DNA of 64,000 nucleotides from Dehalococcoidia bacterium (lineage in GTDB: Bacteria > Chloroflexota > Dehalococcoidia > Plut-88900): contig CBDFLQ010000007.1 of NCBI GenBank assembly GCA_965249275.1, forward strand, positions 384,001-448,000, given 5' to 3'. The position numbers and the translations under genes are program-made. How positions within the stretch are numbered: the stretch's first letter is position 1; every line of letters begins with the position of its first letter. Shown piece after piece: positions 1 through 8,528 of this stretch. The notes beneath the pieces were generated by a model. It ran no database searches. It had not been told where the DNA came from and saw only the letters and a program-made list of their open reading frames with translations.

Positions 1-2
1 GT

Positions 3-2174
3 TTCGATGCGGAAGAGAACCTCGTCGAGAGCCCGGTAAACCTCCCCGAAGACCTGGTCACCGGGACCGATAACTGGTATGCCAGCACGTGCCGGCAGTG
101 CCCCGCAGGCTGCGGCAACATTGTTCGGGTCATGGAAGGCCGAGCCAAGAAGATCGAGGGTAACCCCAACCATCCCCTGAGCCGAGGCAAGCTCTGTGTA
201 AGAGGACAGGCAGGAGTCCAGGCCCTTTACCACCCCGACAGGATAGCCGGGCCTATGCGCCGCTCCGGTCCCCGAGGCTCCAGCCAATATGAACGTATAT
301 CTTGGAATGACGCCGAGGCGGAAATAGTCCCACGCCTCCAAAACACCCAGGCCGACCGCGTGCTCCTGGCCACCGAGCCCCTCAGGGGTAGACTGGCAAT
401 GGTCACCAAGCGGTTTGTCGAAGCCCTTGGCATCCGACATCACTCATTTGAAACTCTGGAGCGCTCCACTAACCTGAAAGCGGCAATGCGACAGGTCTTC
501 GGTGTGGAGCAATTGCCGGAATTCGATCTGGAAAACACGAACTTCCTCCTCGGTTTCGGCGCAGACTTGCTTGAAACTTGGCTTTCCACAGTCCGGTACA
601 ACCGCGGTTACGGCCATTTCCGGCAGGGCAACCACCGAGAGCGCGGGACATTCGTACATGTCGATAGCCGCTTCTCCATGACCGCCGCCAACGCCGACAA
701 GTGGGTACCCGTCAAACCCGGCATGGAGGGCATATTAGCCCTCGGCTTAGCCTACGTAATTATCAGAGAAGAGCTCGGCGACAAGGCCGCAGCCGATGCC
801 ATGACCGGAGGCCGGGGCTTCGAAGCCCTCGCCCCCTTCGCGCCCAACCTAACCGCCGAAATGACAGGGGTGTCGGAGAACGAGGCCATTGCTCTCGCCC
901 GACGTTTCGCCGAAGAGCAGCCGAGTCTCGCCATCGGAGGCGGCTCCGCCGGTGCGCACACCAACGGTGTCTACAACCTGGCGGCTATATATTCTCTCAA
1001 CGTGCTCGTAGGAAACCTGGGAGTGGACGGCGGACTTCACTTCAATCCCTCGCCATTGTCTCCGGGCGCCGGCGACTCTATTCCCGACTCCACGTTCAAG
1101 GACTGGCAGGATATCGCCAGCGATATGGGGAACGTGGAACTCCTTATGGTTAGGAATGTGGATCCCGTCCACGGCCTGCCAGAGGACTTGGGCTTCCAGG
1201 AAGCCATTGCGAAAGTGCCCTACGTAGTTAGTTTCTCCAGCTTCATGGACGACACCACATCCCAAGCCGACCTCATCCTGCCCGACAGCACTTATCTCGA
1301 ATCCTGGGGCGACGATGTTCCCGACCCGGGCCCCGGCTACGAAATGGTCACATTCCAGCAGCCTGTAGTAGCTCCGTTCCAGGATACCCGGTCCTTCGGG
1401 GATGCTTTAATTGGCATCTCCAGCCGTCTCGGCGGCTCGGTGGCCTCCGCTCTGCCTTGGACAAGTTTCAAGGAAGTTGTCCAGGAAAGCGCCCAAGAGC
1501 TATTCGCTCTCAACCGCGGCAACCTTACCCTCGATGGCAGCTTCGAGGCCTTTTGGAACGGGCTGCTACAGCGTGGCGTTTGGTATGACCAAGACTCCAG
1601 GCCCAGTACGAAGGTTGACCCCCAGCCCCTCCCCACGGAAGTCAACGCTCCCGTATTTCAAAATGCCCCCCATGAGGAGGGCATGAATCTCATCGTCTAC
1701 CAGACCAACTCCATGCTTGACGGAAAGCTGGCCCACCTTCCGTGGCTTCAGGCTACACCCGACCCCATCACCACCGTGGTCTGGGATACATGGGTAGACC
1801 TCAGCCGCGAGGACGCACGTAGGATGGAAGTGAAGTCGAACGACATCGTAGAGGTCAGGTCCCAGTACGGTGCAATCGAAGCCCCGGTTTATGTAAACAG
1901 AGGAACGCCCCCAGGCACGGTATGCATCCCCGTTTCCCAGGGTCACTCGGCCTTCGGGCGCTACGCCGAGAACCGGGGCACTAACGTTATGTCGATTCTT
2001 GCGCCTCTCACCGACCCCAACACCGGGGCCCTTGCCTACAACGCTACCAGGGTCAAAGTCACCAAGACTGACCGGCAGAGGACTTTGCCCAAGTTCGAAG
2101 GCGTAGTCGAAGCATTGCCCGCCGTAACCACCGAGCTCATTCAGATTGCAAACGGAAAGGACGGCTCTCACTAG
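3..2174 (+). CDS. Molybdopterin oxidoreductase-family subunit (ActB1/QrcB-like) of an alternative complex III, 5'-truncated by the window edge
   Basis: Frame is open from base 3 (FDAEEN...WYASTCRQCPAGCG...EGNPNHPLSRGKLCVRG), giving the N-terminal [4Fe-4S] motif. It also has ADLILP..YLESWGD and a C-terminal domain IV, and is followed by NrfC/NrfD-like genes. Confidence 0.9.
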   Translation, partial: FDAEENLVESPVNLPEDLVTGTDNWYASTCRQCPAGCGNIVRVMEGRAKKIEGNPNHPLSRGKLCVRGQAGVQALYHPDRIAGPMRRSGPRGSSQYERISWNDAEAEIVPRLQNTQADRVLLATEPLRGRLAMVTKRFVEALGIRHHSFETLERSTNLKAAMRQVFGVEQLPEFDLENTNFLLGFGADLLETWLSTVRYNRGYGHFRQGNHRERGTFVHVDSRFSMTAANADKWVPVKPGMEGILALGLAYVIIREELGDKAAADAMTGGRGFEALAPFAPNLTAEMTGVSENEAIALARRFAEEQPSLAIGGGSAGAHTNGVYNLAAIYSLNVLVGNLGVDGGLHFNPSPLSPGAGDSIPDSTFKDWQDIASDMGNVELLMVRNVDPVHGLPEDLGFQEAIAKVPYVVSFSSFMDDTTSQADLILPDSTYLESWGDDVPDPGPGYEMVTFQQPVVAPFQDTRSFGDALIGISSRLGGSVASALPWTSFKEVVQESAQELFALNRGNLTLDGSFEAFWNGLLQRGVWYDQDSRPSTKVDPQPLPTEVNAPVFQNAPHEEGMNLIVYQTNSMLDGKLAHLPWLQATPDPITTVVWDTWVDLSREDARRMEVKSNDIVEVRSQYGAIEAPVYVNRGTPPGTVCIPVSQGHSAFGRYAENRGTNVMSILAPLTDPNTGALAYNATRVKVTKTDRQRTLPKFEGVVEALPAVTTELIQIANGKDGSH

Positions 2175-2194
2175 CCGTACCCAGGAGGTAATCC

Positions 2195-2902
2195 TTGGCA
2201 GACCAAAACAAATTCAAGTGGGGTATGGTTATCGACGTCGACCGGTGCACCGGTTGTGAGGCATGCGTAGTAGCTTGCCAAGCCGAGAACAATATTCCTC
2301 TAAATGAAGAGGACAGGTTCCACCAGGGACGCGCCATAGAATGGATTCGGATCGAGCGCTACTGGGAGGGTGAATACCCTGACGTCAAGGCCAAGTTCCT
2401 TCCCGTCCTTTGCCAGCACTGCGACAACGCTCCTTGCGAGCCCGTCTGTCCCGTCTATGCCACCTACCACAACGACCAGGGCATGAACGTCCAGGTCTAC
2501 AACAGGTGTGTAGGCACCCGATACTGTGCAAACAACGATCCCTACCAGGTGCGATTCTTCAACTTCTGGGAGCCCGAATGGCCCGAGTCCCTGGAAAATC
2601 AGCTAAACCCGGATGTTACCGTCCGCACTCGAGGGCTGATGGAGAAGTGCTCCTTCTGTGTCCAGCGCATTCGGCGCACGGAGCGCGACCTCAAAAACGA
2701 TGGCCGAGATCTCAGGGACGGCGAATTGCAGCCTGCCTGCGCCCAGACCTGCCCAACCGACGCATTGGTATTCGGAAACATGAAAGACCCGGAAAGCCGT
2801 GTCTCTAAGCTCGCAAAGAGCGACAGACACTACAAGTTGCTCGAAAACTTGGGCACGGAGCCCAACGTGATTTATCTGAAGAAAGTGGAGCGTGATGGCT
2901 AG
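2195..2902 (+). CDS. Fe-S electron-transfer subunit (ActB2/QrcC/NrfC-like)
   Basis: Motifs CTGCEACVVAC, CQHCDNAPCEPVCP, CVGTRYCANNDPY, NPDVTVRTRGLMEKCSFC and PACAQTCP; AGGAGG RBS before a TTG start. Confidence 0.92.
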   Translation: MADQNKFKWGMVIDVDRCTGCEACVVACQAENNIPLNEEDRFHQGRAIEWIRIERYWEGEYPDVKAKFLPVLCQHCDNAPCEPVCPVYATYHNDQGMNVQVYNRCVGTRYCANNDPYQVRFFNFWEPEWPESLENQLNPDVTVRTRGLMEKCSFCVQRIRRTERDLKNDGRDLRDGELQPACAQTCPTDALVFGNMKDPESRVSKLAKSDRHYKLLENLGTEPNVIYLKKVERDG

Positions 2903-4334
2903 CGGCGAACACGAAGAGCTCCACTCTTTAGTCGAGATTCCGCGGCCGACGTCGCAGCAGGTCAACGACGACCTTCTCTCCCAGACTAACACCTTGGGTC
3001 AGCGGTTCAAGACTGCAACCCCCATATTCGGCGTTCTGGTGGCCGTGGGAATCATCGGCTTCATCATCAAGGCCCTGGACGGCTTTGACGACCGCAAGGA
3101 CTGGGGTTACTACGCCGCCATTTTCGCCTTCCTGTTCACCACTTGTCAGAGCGCTCTGCTTGTATCCGCAACCATGAGGCTGGCTAAGACTCACTGGCGC
3201 CGCCCCCTCGCCCGTGTATCCGAGCTCTTCGCCATCGTCGGTGTATTCAACCTCCTTATATTCCTTCCCCTCCTATGGACAATACCCGAGGCCGAAGGCC
3301 GCAACAGCATTTGGTTCGAGTGGCCTTGGGGCGCCCCCCACCTCCTTGATGCCCTCGCCATGATCTTCCTGGTCCTTAACGGCCTTGCCCTTCTTTGGGC
3401 TTCCTCCCTTCCTGACATAGCGCTTTACGGGCGTAGGTACGGAGGCGTTCGTGGCGCTCTTGCCCGGCTCATGTCCAGGGGTTGGAAAGGCACTCCCCTC
3501 CAGTGGACCGTTCTCAAGAGCGGCCAGATTGCCCTCGGCACTTTCTACTTTATATTCCTTATAGGAGTCGTCTTCATCATATCTTCCGACTTCTCGATGG
3601 CTTTAGTGCCTGGCTGGATCGACGCCATATTCCCCGCTTTCCAGGCCATCACCTGTATCCAGGCGGGTATCGCAACCACCATGCTCACCCTTTACCTGGT
3701 GCGACGCTTCGGCGGCCACGAGAAGTACATTTACATGGAAGTATTCTGGGCGTTGAGCAAGATCCTGATAGCCTTCACCCTGCTCTGGATATATTTCTGG
3801 TTCGCCGGATTCATAACTTTCTGGTATGGCCGCAAACCGGTGGAGGAGAACGTCCTCCAGCTACTCATGATCGGGCCCTACCGCTTTGCTTTCTACTTGG
3901 CCGTGTTCCTGAGTTTCGTGGTGCCCTTCCTGATCCTCATGTGGAATTGGGTGCGCAAGACACCTGCGGGCCCGTCCATAGCCTCGGCGGTCATCATCTG
4001 TGGCGTATTCTTCGATAAGCTGCGGCTGTACGTTGCCTCTTATTCCTTCACAAATGACGAGTTGGCAGCCGCTCTCCATCACGAGTCGGAATTCGTCAAC
4101 ACGACCTTTCCGGCCACCGGCGCCGATATTCCCCACTTCTTCGTGACTAACTGGCCGGACTATACCGACATTATGGTTATCCTCGGTGGCTTGGCCATGC
4201 CCTTCTTTGTCTATCTGATCGCCACCAAGCTTCTTCCGGTCATTTCCATCTGGGAAACTAAGGAAGGCTACCTATTGAGTTCGGTTAAGACCATTCTGAA
4301 ACGCCGGTACCTGGTACTGGCCAAGCCTGATTGA
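2895..4334 (+). CDS. NrfD/PsrC-fold membrane subunit, ActF-like
   Basis: About 10 TM helices and WRRPLARVSE motif; paralogous to the next gene but lacks its conserved His motifs. Confidence 0.8.
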   Translation: MASGEHEELHSLVEIPRPTSQQVNDDLLSQTNTLGQRFKTATPIFGVLVAVGIIGFIIKALDGFDDRKDWGYYAAIFAFLFTTCQSALLVSATMRLAKTHWRRPLARVSELFAIVGVFNLLIFLPLLWTIPEAEGRNSIWFEWPWGAPHLLDALAMIFLVLNGLALLWASSLPDIALYGRRYGGVRGALARLMSRGWKGTPLQWTVLKSGQIALGTFYFIFLIGVVFIISSDFSMALVPGWIDAIFPAFQAITCIQAGIATTMLTLYLVRRFGGHEKYIYMEVFWALSKILIAFTLLWIYFWFAGFITFWYGRKPVEENVLQLLMIGPYRFAFYLAVFLSFVVPFLILMWNWVRKTPAGPSIASAVIICGVFFDKLRLYVASYSFTNDELAAALHHESEFVNTTFPATGADIPHFFVTNWPDYTDIMVILGGLAMPFFVYLIATKLLPVISIWETKEGYLLSSVKTILKRRYLVLAKPD

Positions 4335-4369
4335 CAATCCCAACGCAAAGAGGTTAGCGGAGACTCTTA

Positions 4370-5746
4370 ATGCAAGAACGAGTCCCTGTTCCCGATTCCG
4401 AAATAAATCGAGAACTCCTAAGCCCCATAGAAACTCACCCTAAGTGGTTTTTCATTACTGTGGCAGTTCTGGCCCTGATCGTGGCCACCGCGGGCGGGGC
4501 GTTGGGCTGGATGATAAATCAGGGTCTGGGCGTCACTGGCCTTAATCGGCCGGTGATGTGGGGCTTCTTCATCTCCAATTTCGTATTCTGGGTCGGCATC
4601 AGCCACGCTGGCGTTATGATCTCCTCGATCCTCAGGCTCAGCCAGGCAGAATGGCGCAGGCCCGTAACCCGTGCCGCCGAGGTCCTCACTATCTTCTCCC
4701 TGATGACCGCTGCCCTCTTCCCACTGATGCACGCTGGGCGGCCTTGGCGCATAGCCTACTGGATCTTCCCCTATGACTTCGCCCGCGGCATCTGGCCTAA
4801 CATACGCTCTCCCCTGGTATGGGACCCGGCCGCTATATTCACCTATCTGACTGGAGCCACTCTATTCGTTTTAATAGCCCTGGTCCCGGACCTCGCCGTA
4901 ATGCGAGACCGCAACAAGGGTGTAAGGAAGCAGATATACGGATTCTTGTCCCTCGGGTTCCGGGGCACGCCACGTCAGTGGAGGCTCCAGGCCATCGCCG
5001 GAATCCTGCTCTCTGCGTTGATACTGCCAGTGTTCGTCTCAGTGCACAGCATTGTGTCCTGGGACTTCGGTATGGCTGTATCCGTCGCGAGCTGGCACAC
5101 GACTGTGATGGCCCCCTACTTCGTGATCGGTGCCGTGCACTCGGGTGTATCGGCCGTAGTTACGATGATGGCTCTGCTGCGCTGGGTCTTCAAGTGGGAC
5201 AAGTTCATCCGTCCCGAACACTTCGACGGCCTGGGCCGTCTCCTCATCGTCGTCGGCACCGGCTGGTTCTATTTCTTCATCCTGGAGTTCATATTCGGCC
5301 TCTACAGCCAGGAAACTTCCGAGGTCACGCTCAGAAATATGCTGCTCTATGAGTGGCCGTGGAACTTCATGTTCTTCACATTCCTGGCGACCTCATACTT
5401 CATCCCGATACCGATGTGGCTGTTCAGGGGAGTGAGACGCAACGTGTTGCTGATGTTCCTCACCTCCATCCTCGTCAACATCGGCATGTGGCTGGAGAGG
5501 TTCTTGATCATCGTTCCGGGCCTGATGAGAAAACAGGAGTTCACTTTCGTCTGGGCCAACTACAGGCCGAGTGTCGTTGAGATATTGCTCGTTGTCGGGT
5601 CCTTTGCGTTTGTGACCATGATGGTGCTGCTCTTCTCCAAGGTCTTCCCTCTCATTCCTCTGTTCGACCAGAAGGAGGGCAAGATACTGGAGGCCACCAC
5701 CAGGGTAGGCAGGCGGAATGTTCCGTCCATTGTCAGAGAAGAGTAA
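4370..5746 (+). CDS. actC: NrfD-family quinol-binding subunit ActC
   Basis: GLGVTGLNRPVMWG, NFVFWVGISHAG, WRRPVTRAAE, HAGRPW, RSPLVWD, VSVHSIVSWDF and NIGMWLERF motifs. Confidence 0.9.
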   Translation: MQERVPVPDSEINRELLSPIETHPKWFFITVAVLALIVATAGGALGWMINQGLGVTGLNRPVMWGFFISNFVFWVGISHAGVMISSILRLSQAEWRRPVTRAAEVLTIFSLMTAALFPLMHAGRPWRIAYWIFPYDFARGIWPNIRSPLVWDPAAIFTYLTGATLFVLIALVPDLAVMRDRNKGVRKQIYGFLSLGFRGTPRQWRLQAIAGILLSALILPVFVSVHSIVSWDFGMAVSVASWHTTVMAPYFVIGAVHSGVSAVVTMMALLRWVFKWDKFIRPEHFDGLGRLLIVVGTGWFYFFILEFIFGLYSQETSEVTLRNMLLYEWPWNFMFFTFLATSYFIPIPMWLFRGVRRNVLLMFLTSILVNIGMWLERFLIIVPGLMRKQEFTFVWANYRPSVVEILLVVGSFAFVTMMVLLFSKVFPLIPLFDQKEGKILEATTRVGRRNVPSIVREE

Positions 5747-5755
5747 GGTGAAGCC

Positions 5756-6289
5756 ATGACCACATTTGTACCTAAAAAGAGCGTCTTGGGGGTCTTCCCC
5801 AACGCCGACACCGCGGCGGATGCTGTGGAGGGACTCCAGTCGAATAAGTTCGACGACAAGGAGTTCGAGATAATGTCGGGCACCCCGTATCCCGAGGGCG
5901 CCTTCGGTGAGAAGAAGTCGTCCCACCGGCTGTACGTCTTCCCCTTCATCGGGGCGGCCATCGGCTTTACGGTGGCCATACTGCTTACCACCGCCACGCA
6001 GGTCTCCTACCCTCTCGTCACAGGTGGTAAGCCAATCCTCTCCATCCCTCCCATGGCAATCATCACCTACGAAGGGACAATGCTCGGGGCCATCATCTTC
6101 ACGGTTCTCGGCATCGTCTTCGAGTCCCGCCTGCCGAGAAGTAAGCTGGGCCTCTATGACGAGCGCATTATGGAAGGCCACGTCGGAGTCCTGGTAACCG
6201 CCCCCGAGGACCGGATCCCCGTGGCACAGAACGTGCTGAAGGAGGCAGGCGCAGAAACCATCAAGGAAGGCGAACCCGTCGGGGTCTGA
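5756..6289 (+). CDS. actD: ActD (DUF3341) subunit of alternative complex III
   Basis: TPYP, YPLVTGGKP, 'PP..IITYE.TML' motifs with two TM helices, directly after actC. Confidence 0.88.
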   Translation: MTTFVPKKSVLGVFPNADTAADAVEGLQSNKFDDKEFEIMSGTPYPEGAFGEKKSSHRLYVFPFIGAAIGFTVAILLTTATQVSYPLVTGGKPILSIPPMAIITYEGTMLGAIIFTVLGIVFESRLPRSKLGLYDERIMEGHVGVLVTAPEDRIPVAQNVLKEAGAETIKEGEPVGV

Positions 6290-6310
6290 CGAAGGGTAAC
6301 CAGGAGCGTT

Positions 6311-7351
6311 ATGGAGTTTCACATCGGTATGGGGCGTAGCGAAACGATCCACGAGATCGGCCCATTGGCGCGCATCGCTGAGGACGCTGGATTCACTCAT
6401 ATCAACTTTCCAGATCAGCCACCACTCAACCGAGATGTGTTTCTGAACATGGCTATGGCAGCCCAAAGCACTACCAGGATATCGATGGGTCCAGGCATCG
6501 TTACCCCATATACCTATCATCCAGCTGTGATCGCCAATGCCACCGCAACCGTAGACGAGTTGTCGGGGGGGCGGGCGTTTGTCGGCATAGGTGCGGGGGG
6601 CAGCGCGGTAATGAGCATGGGCCTCAAACCGCGGCCCATGAGCGAGCTGCGCGAGGCGGCCCGGTTCATCAAGAATTTCATGTCCGGCAAGGAAGCGGAA
6701 TTCAAGGGCGGAAAGACCCACTCAGAATGGATCAAGCGTCCTGTCCCAATGTACATTGCGATCGACGGACCCCGAGGCCACGAGATCGCCGGTGAATTCG
6801 CCGATGGCGCATACGTCCAAAGCGTTCACCCCGACGTGTTCGAATGGAGAAAATCCCTAATTGAGCGGTCAGCCGTAAAGGCAGGCCGGGATCCCTCTAG
6901 AATCAAAATCATACCCTCGACCATCGTCTACATCACAGACAATCGCGAAAGTGCCCGCCGGGAGGTAGCCCCACAAGTTGCTTCCAAGCTCAGACGGGCC
7001 TTCCCCATGTGGAGAAGCAGTCACCCCGACATGGTGGCCCTGCGGGAGCAACTTGAAAAAAACGACCCCGGGCTTGTGGATGAGATAATCCAGGTCGGAG
7101 ACCGTATTAACGAAGTTTTTGACGAGCACCAGCACGAGAAAATCGACTCACCCCAGGCCGAGCCGGTGACTTGGAGGCTGATTGACTACTATATGCTCGT
7201 CGGGAGTGAGGACGAGGTCTGTGAACGGATACAGGACCTTAGGAATCGGGGGCTGGCCGGACTTATGCCCCTTATCTACACCATACAGGACAAGCAAACG
7301 ATGATGCAGGAGATCGGCGCCCGGATCATCTCTCGATTCGGAAACAACTAA
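6311..7351 (+). CDS. Luciferase-like (LLM) oxidoreductase, Mer-like, possibly F420-dependent
   Basis: AEDAGF, TTRISMGPGIVTPYTYHPAVIANATATVDELSGGRAFVGIGAG, PVPMYIA..GP and AGEFADG motifs. Confidence 0.9.
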   Translation: MEFHIGMGRSETIHEIGPLARIAEDAGFTHINFPDQPPLNRDVFLNMAMAAQSTTRISMGPGIVTPYTYHPAVIANATATVDELSGGRAFVGIGAGGSAVMSMGLKPRPMSELREAARFIKNFMSGKEAEFKGGKTHSEWIKRPVPMYIAIDGPRGHEIAGEFADGAYVQSVHPDVFEWRKSLIERSAVKAGRDPSRIKIIPSTIVYITDNRESARREVAPQVASKLRRAFPMWRSSHPDMVALREQLEKNDPGLVDEIIQVGDRINEVFDEHQHEKIDSPQAEPVTWRLIDYYMLVGSEDEVCERIQDLRNRGLAGLMPLIYTIQDKQTMMQEIGARIISRFGNN

Positions 7352-7353
7352 GC

Positions 7354-7926
7354 ATGAGAGCGTTAGCCGCAATAAGAAAATCGGGCTTCAAGTGGCCCCT
7401 GCTATTGGTCGTACTCGGGACCATTGCCCTCGCCTGCTCTACGGGCAGCTACCCCGTGGACATTTTCACGGAGATGCACTACCAGCAGTCCTACCGCTCC
7501 CAGGAACCTCCGCGGCTCTTGACTGCCGAGGGCGCAGTCCCCTTCACCGATGAATCGATGGCCCTTCGCCCCGCCGAGCCTGCATCCCAAGGTGAAGCCC
7601 TGATTCCAAACCCGATTGAAGCGTCTGCTGATAATCTGGTCCGCGCCCAGCAGGTATTTACCCGCAACTGCTCCATGTGCCACGGGGTCTCCGGCGCGAG
7701 CGACAGTTTCATATCCGTAACCTTCACCTCCATGGGCATCAAGCCGCCTGCCAACTTCGCAGAGGCCGGATCCATAACGCCCGATGGCAGTTCCGATGGT
7801 CTGGCTTTCTGGATAATCACGGACGGGCTCGGAAACATGCCTTCCTTCCGTCACCTCCTCTCCTATGAGGACCGGTGGGGAGTCATTCACTACCTGCGTC
7901 TCCTCTCCCAACAGGCCGGACAGTAG
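7354..7926 (+). CDS. actE: Monoheme cytochrome c lipoprotein ActE
   Basis: Lipobox LAC, 'EMHYQQSYRSQE', heme motif CSMCH and axial Met in GNMPSF. Confidence 0.88.
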   Translation: MRALAAIRKSGFKWPLLLVVLGTIALACSTGSYPVDIFTEMHYQQSYRSQEPPRLLTAEGAVPFTDESMALRPAEPASQGEALIPNPIEASADNLVRAQQVFTRNCSMCHGVSGASDSFISVTFTSMGIKPPANFAEAGSITPDGSSDGLAFWIITDGLGNMPSFRHLLSYEDRWGVIHYLRLLSQQAGQ

Positions 7927-7931
7927 CCCCC

Positions 7932-8513
7932 ATGTCCCGCTTCCAGGGAACGCACACCGGCGGCGTCCGGTTCCCGACCACTTTTAACGCCGCCCTCAGG
8001 ATAACCCCGTTCTTAACGGCCATCTTGGCCATCCTAATTGTTCTGTCCGCAGCCGCTTGTGCCACGGAGCCCCCAACCCTGGAAGAGCGCGCCCAATCTA
8101 TTGACCAACATCTCATGTGCCCCGTTTGTCCCGCGGAGACCATCGACCAGTCCCAGGCAGACGTCGCCATACAGATGCGCGAGCTGGTCCGCGAGAAACT
8201 GCGAGCCGGGGAATCCGAAGACCAGATATTCAATTTCTTCGTCGACCGTTATGACAAGGGAGTCCTTGCCGAGCCTCCCGCAGAAGGTTTTAATATCCTC
8301 GTTTGGGTTATCCCACCCGTAGCCTTCCTTTTAGGTCTAGCTCTCATATGGCTCGGGTTCCGACAATTGACTCGCTCCCCGCGTCTCTATACGCCGAGTT
8401 CCAGCAATGACTGGCAAGCCGATTCTGCAAGTTATCTGAGGGAGATCGACGAAGAGTTCGAAGCCTTCCGGCGCACCGCAAACCCTGGCACAGCTCCCGG
8501 ACACAATCTGTAA
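7932..8513 (+). CDS. ccmH: Cytochrome c biogenesis protein CcmH
   Basis: LMCPVC, ETIDQS, MRELVREKL..G..EDQI..FFVDRY..VLAEPP and a C-terminal TM helix. Confidence 0.9.
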   Translation: MSRFQGTHTGGVRFPTTFNAALRITPFLTAILAILIVLSAAACATEPPTLEERAQSIDQHLMCPVCPAETIDQSQADVAIQMRELVREKLRAGESEDQIFNFFVDRYDKGVLAEPPAEGFNILVWVIPPVAFLLGLALIWLGFRQLTRSPRLYTPSSSNDWQADSASYLREIDEEFEAFRRTANPGTAPGHNL

Positions 8514-8528
8514 AAGGGAGGTTTAACC

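Noticed and set aside
5393-6721. 442-aa antisense ORF, and similar ones such as 28476-29930 and 30155-31288
   Set aside because: Shadow frames opposite well-supported genes in GC-rich DNA, with no recognisable motifs.
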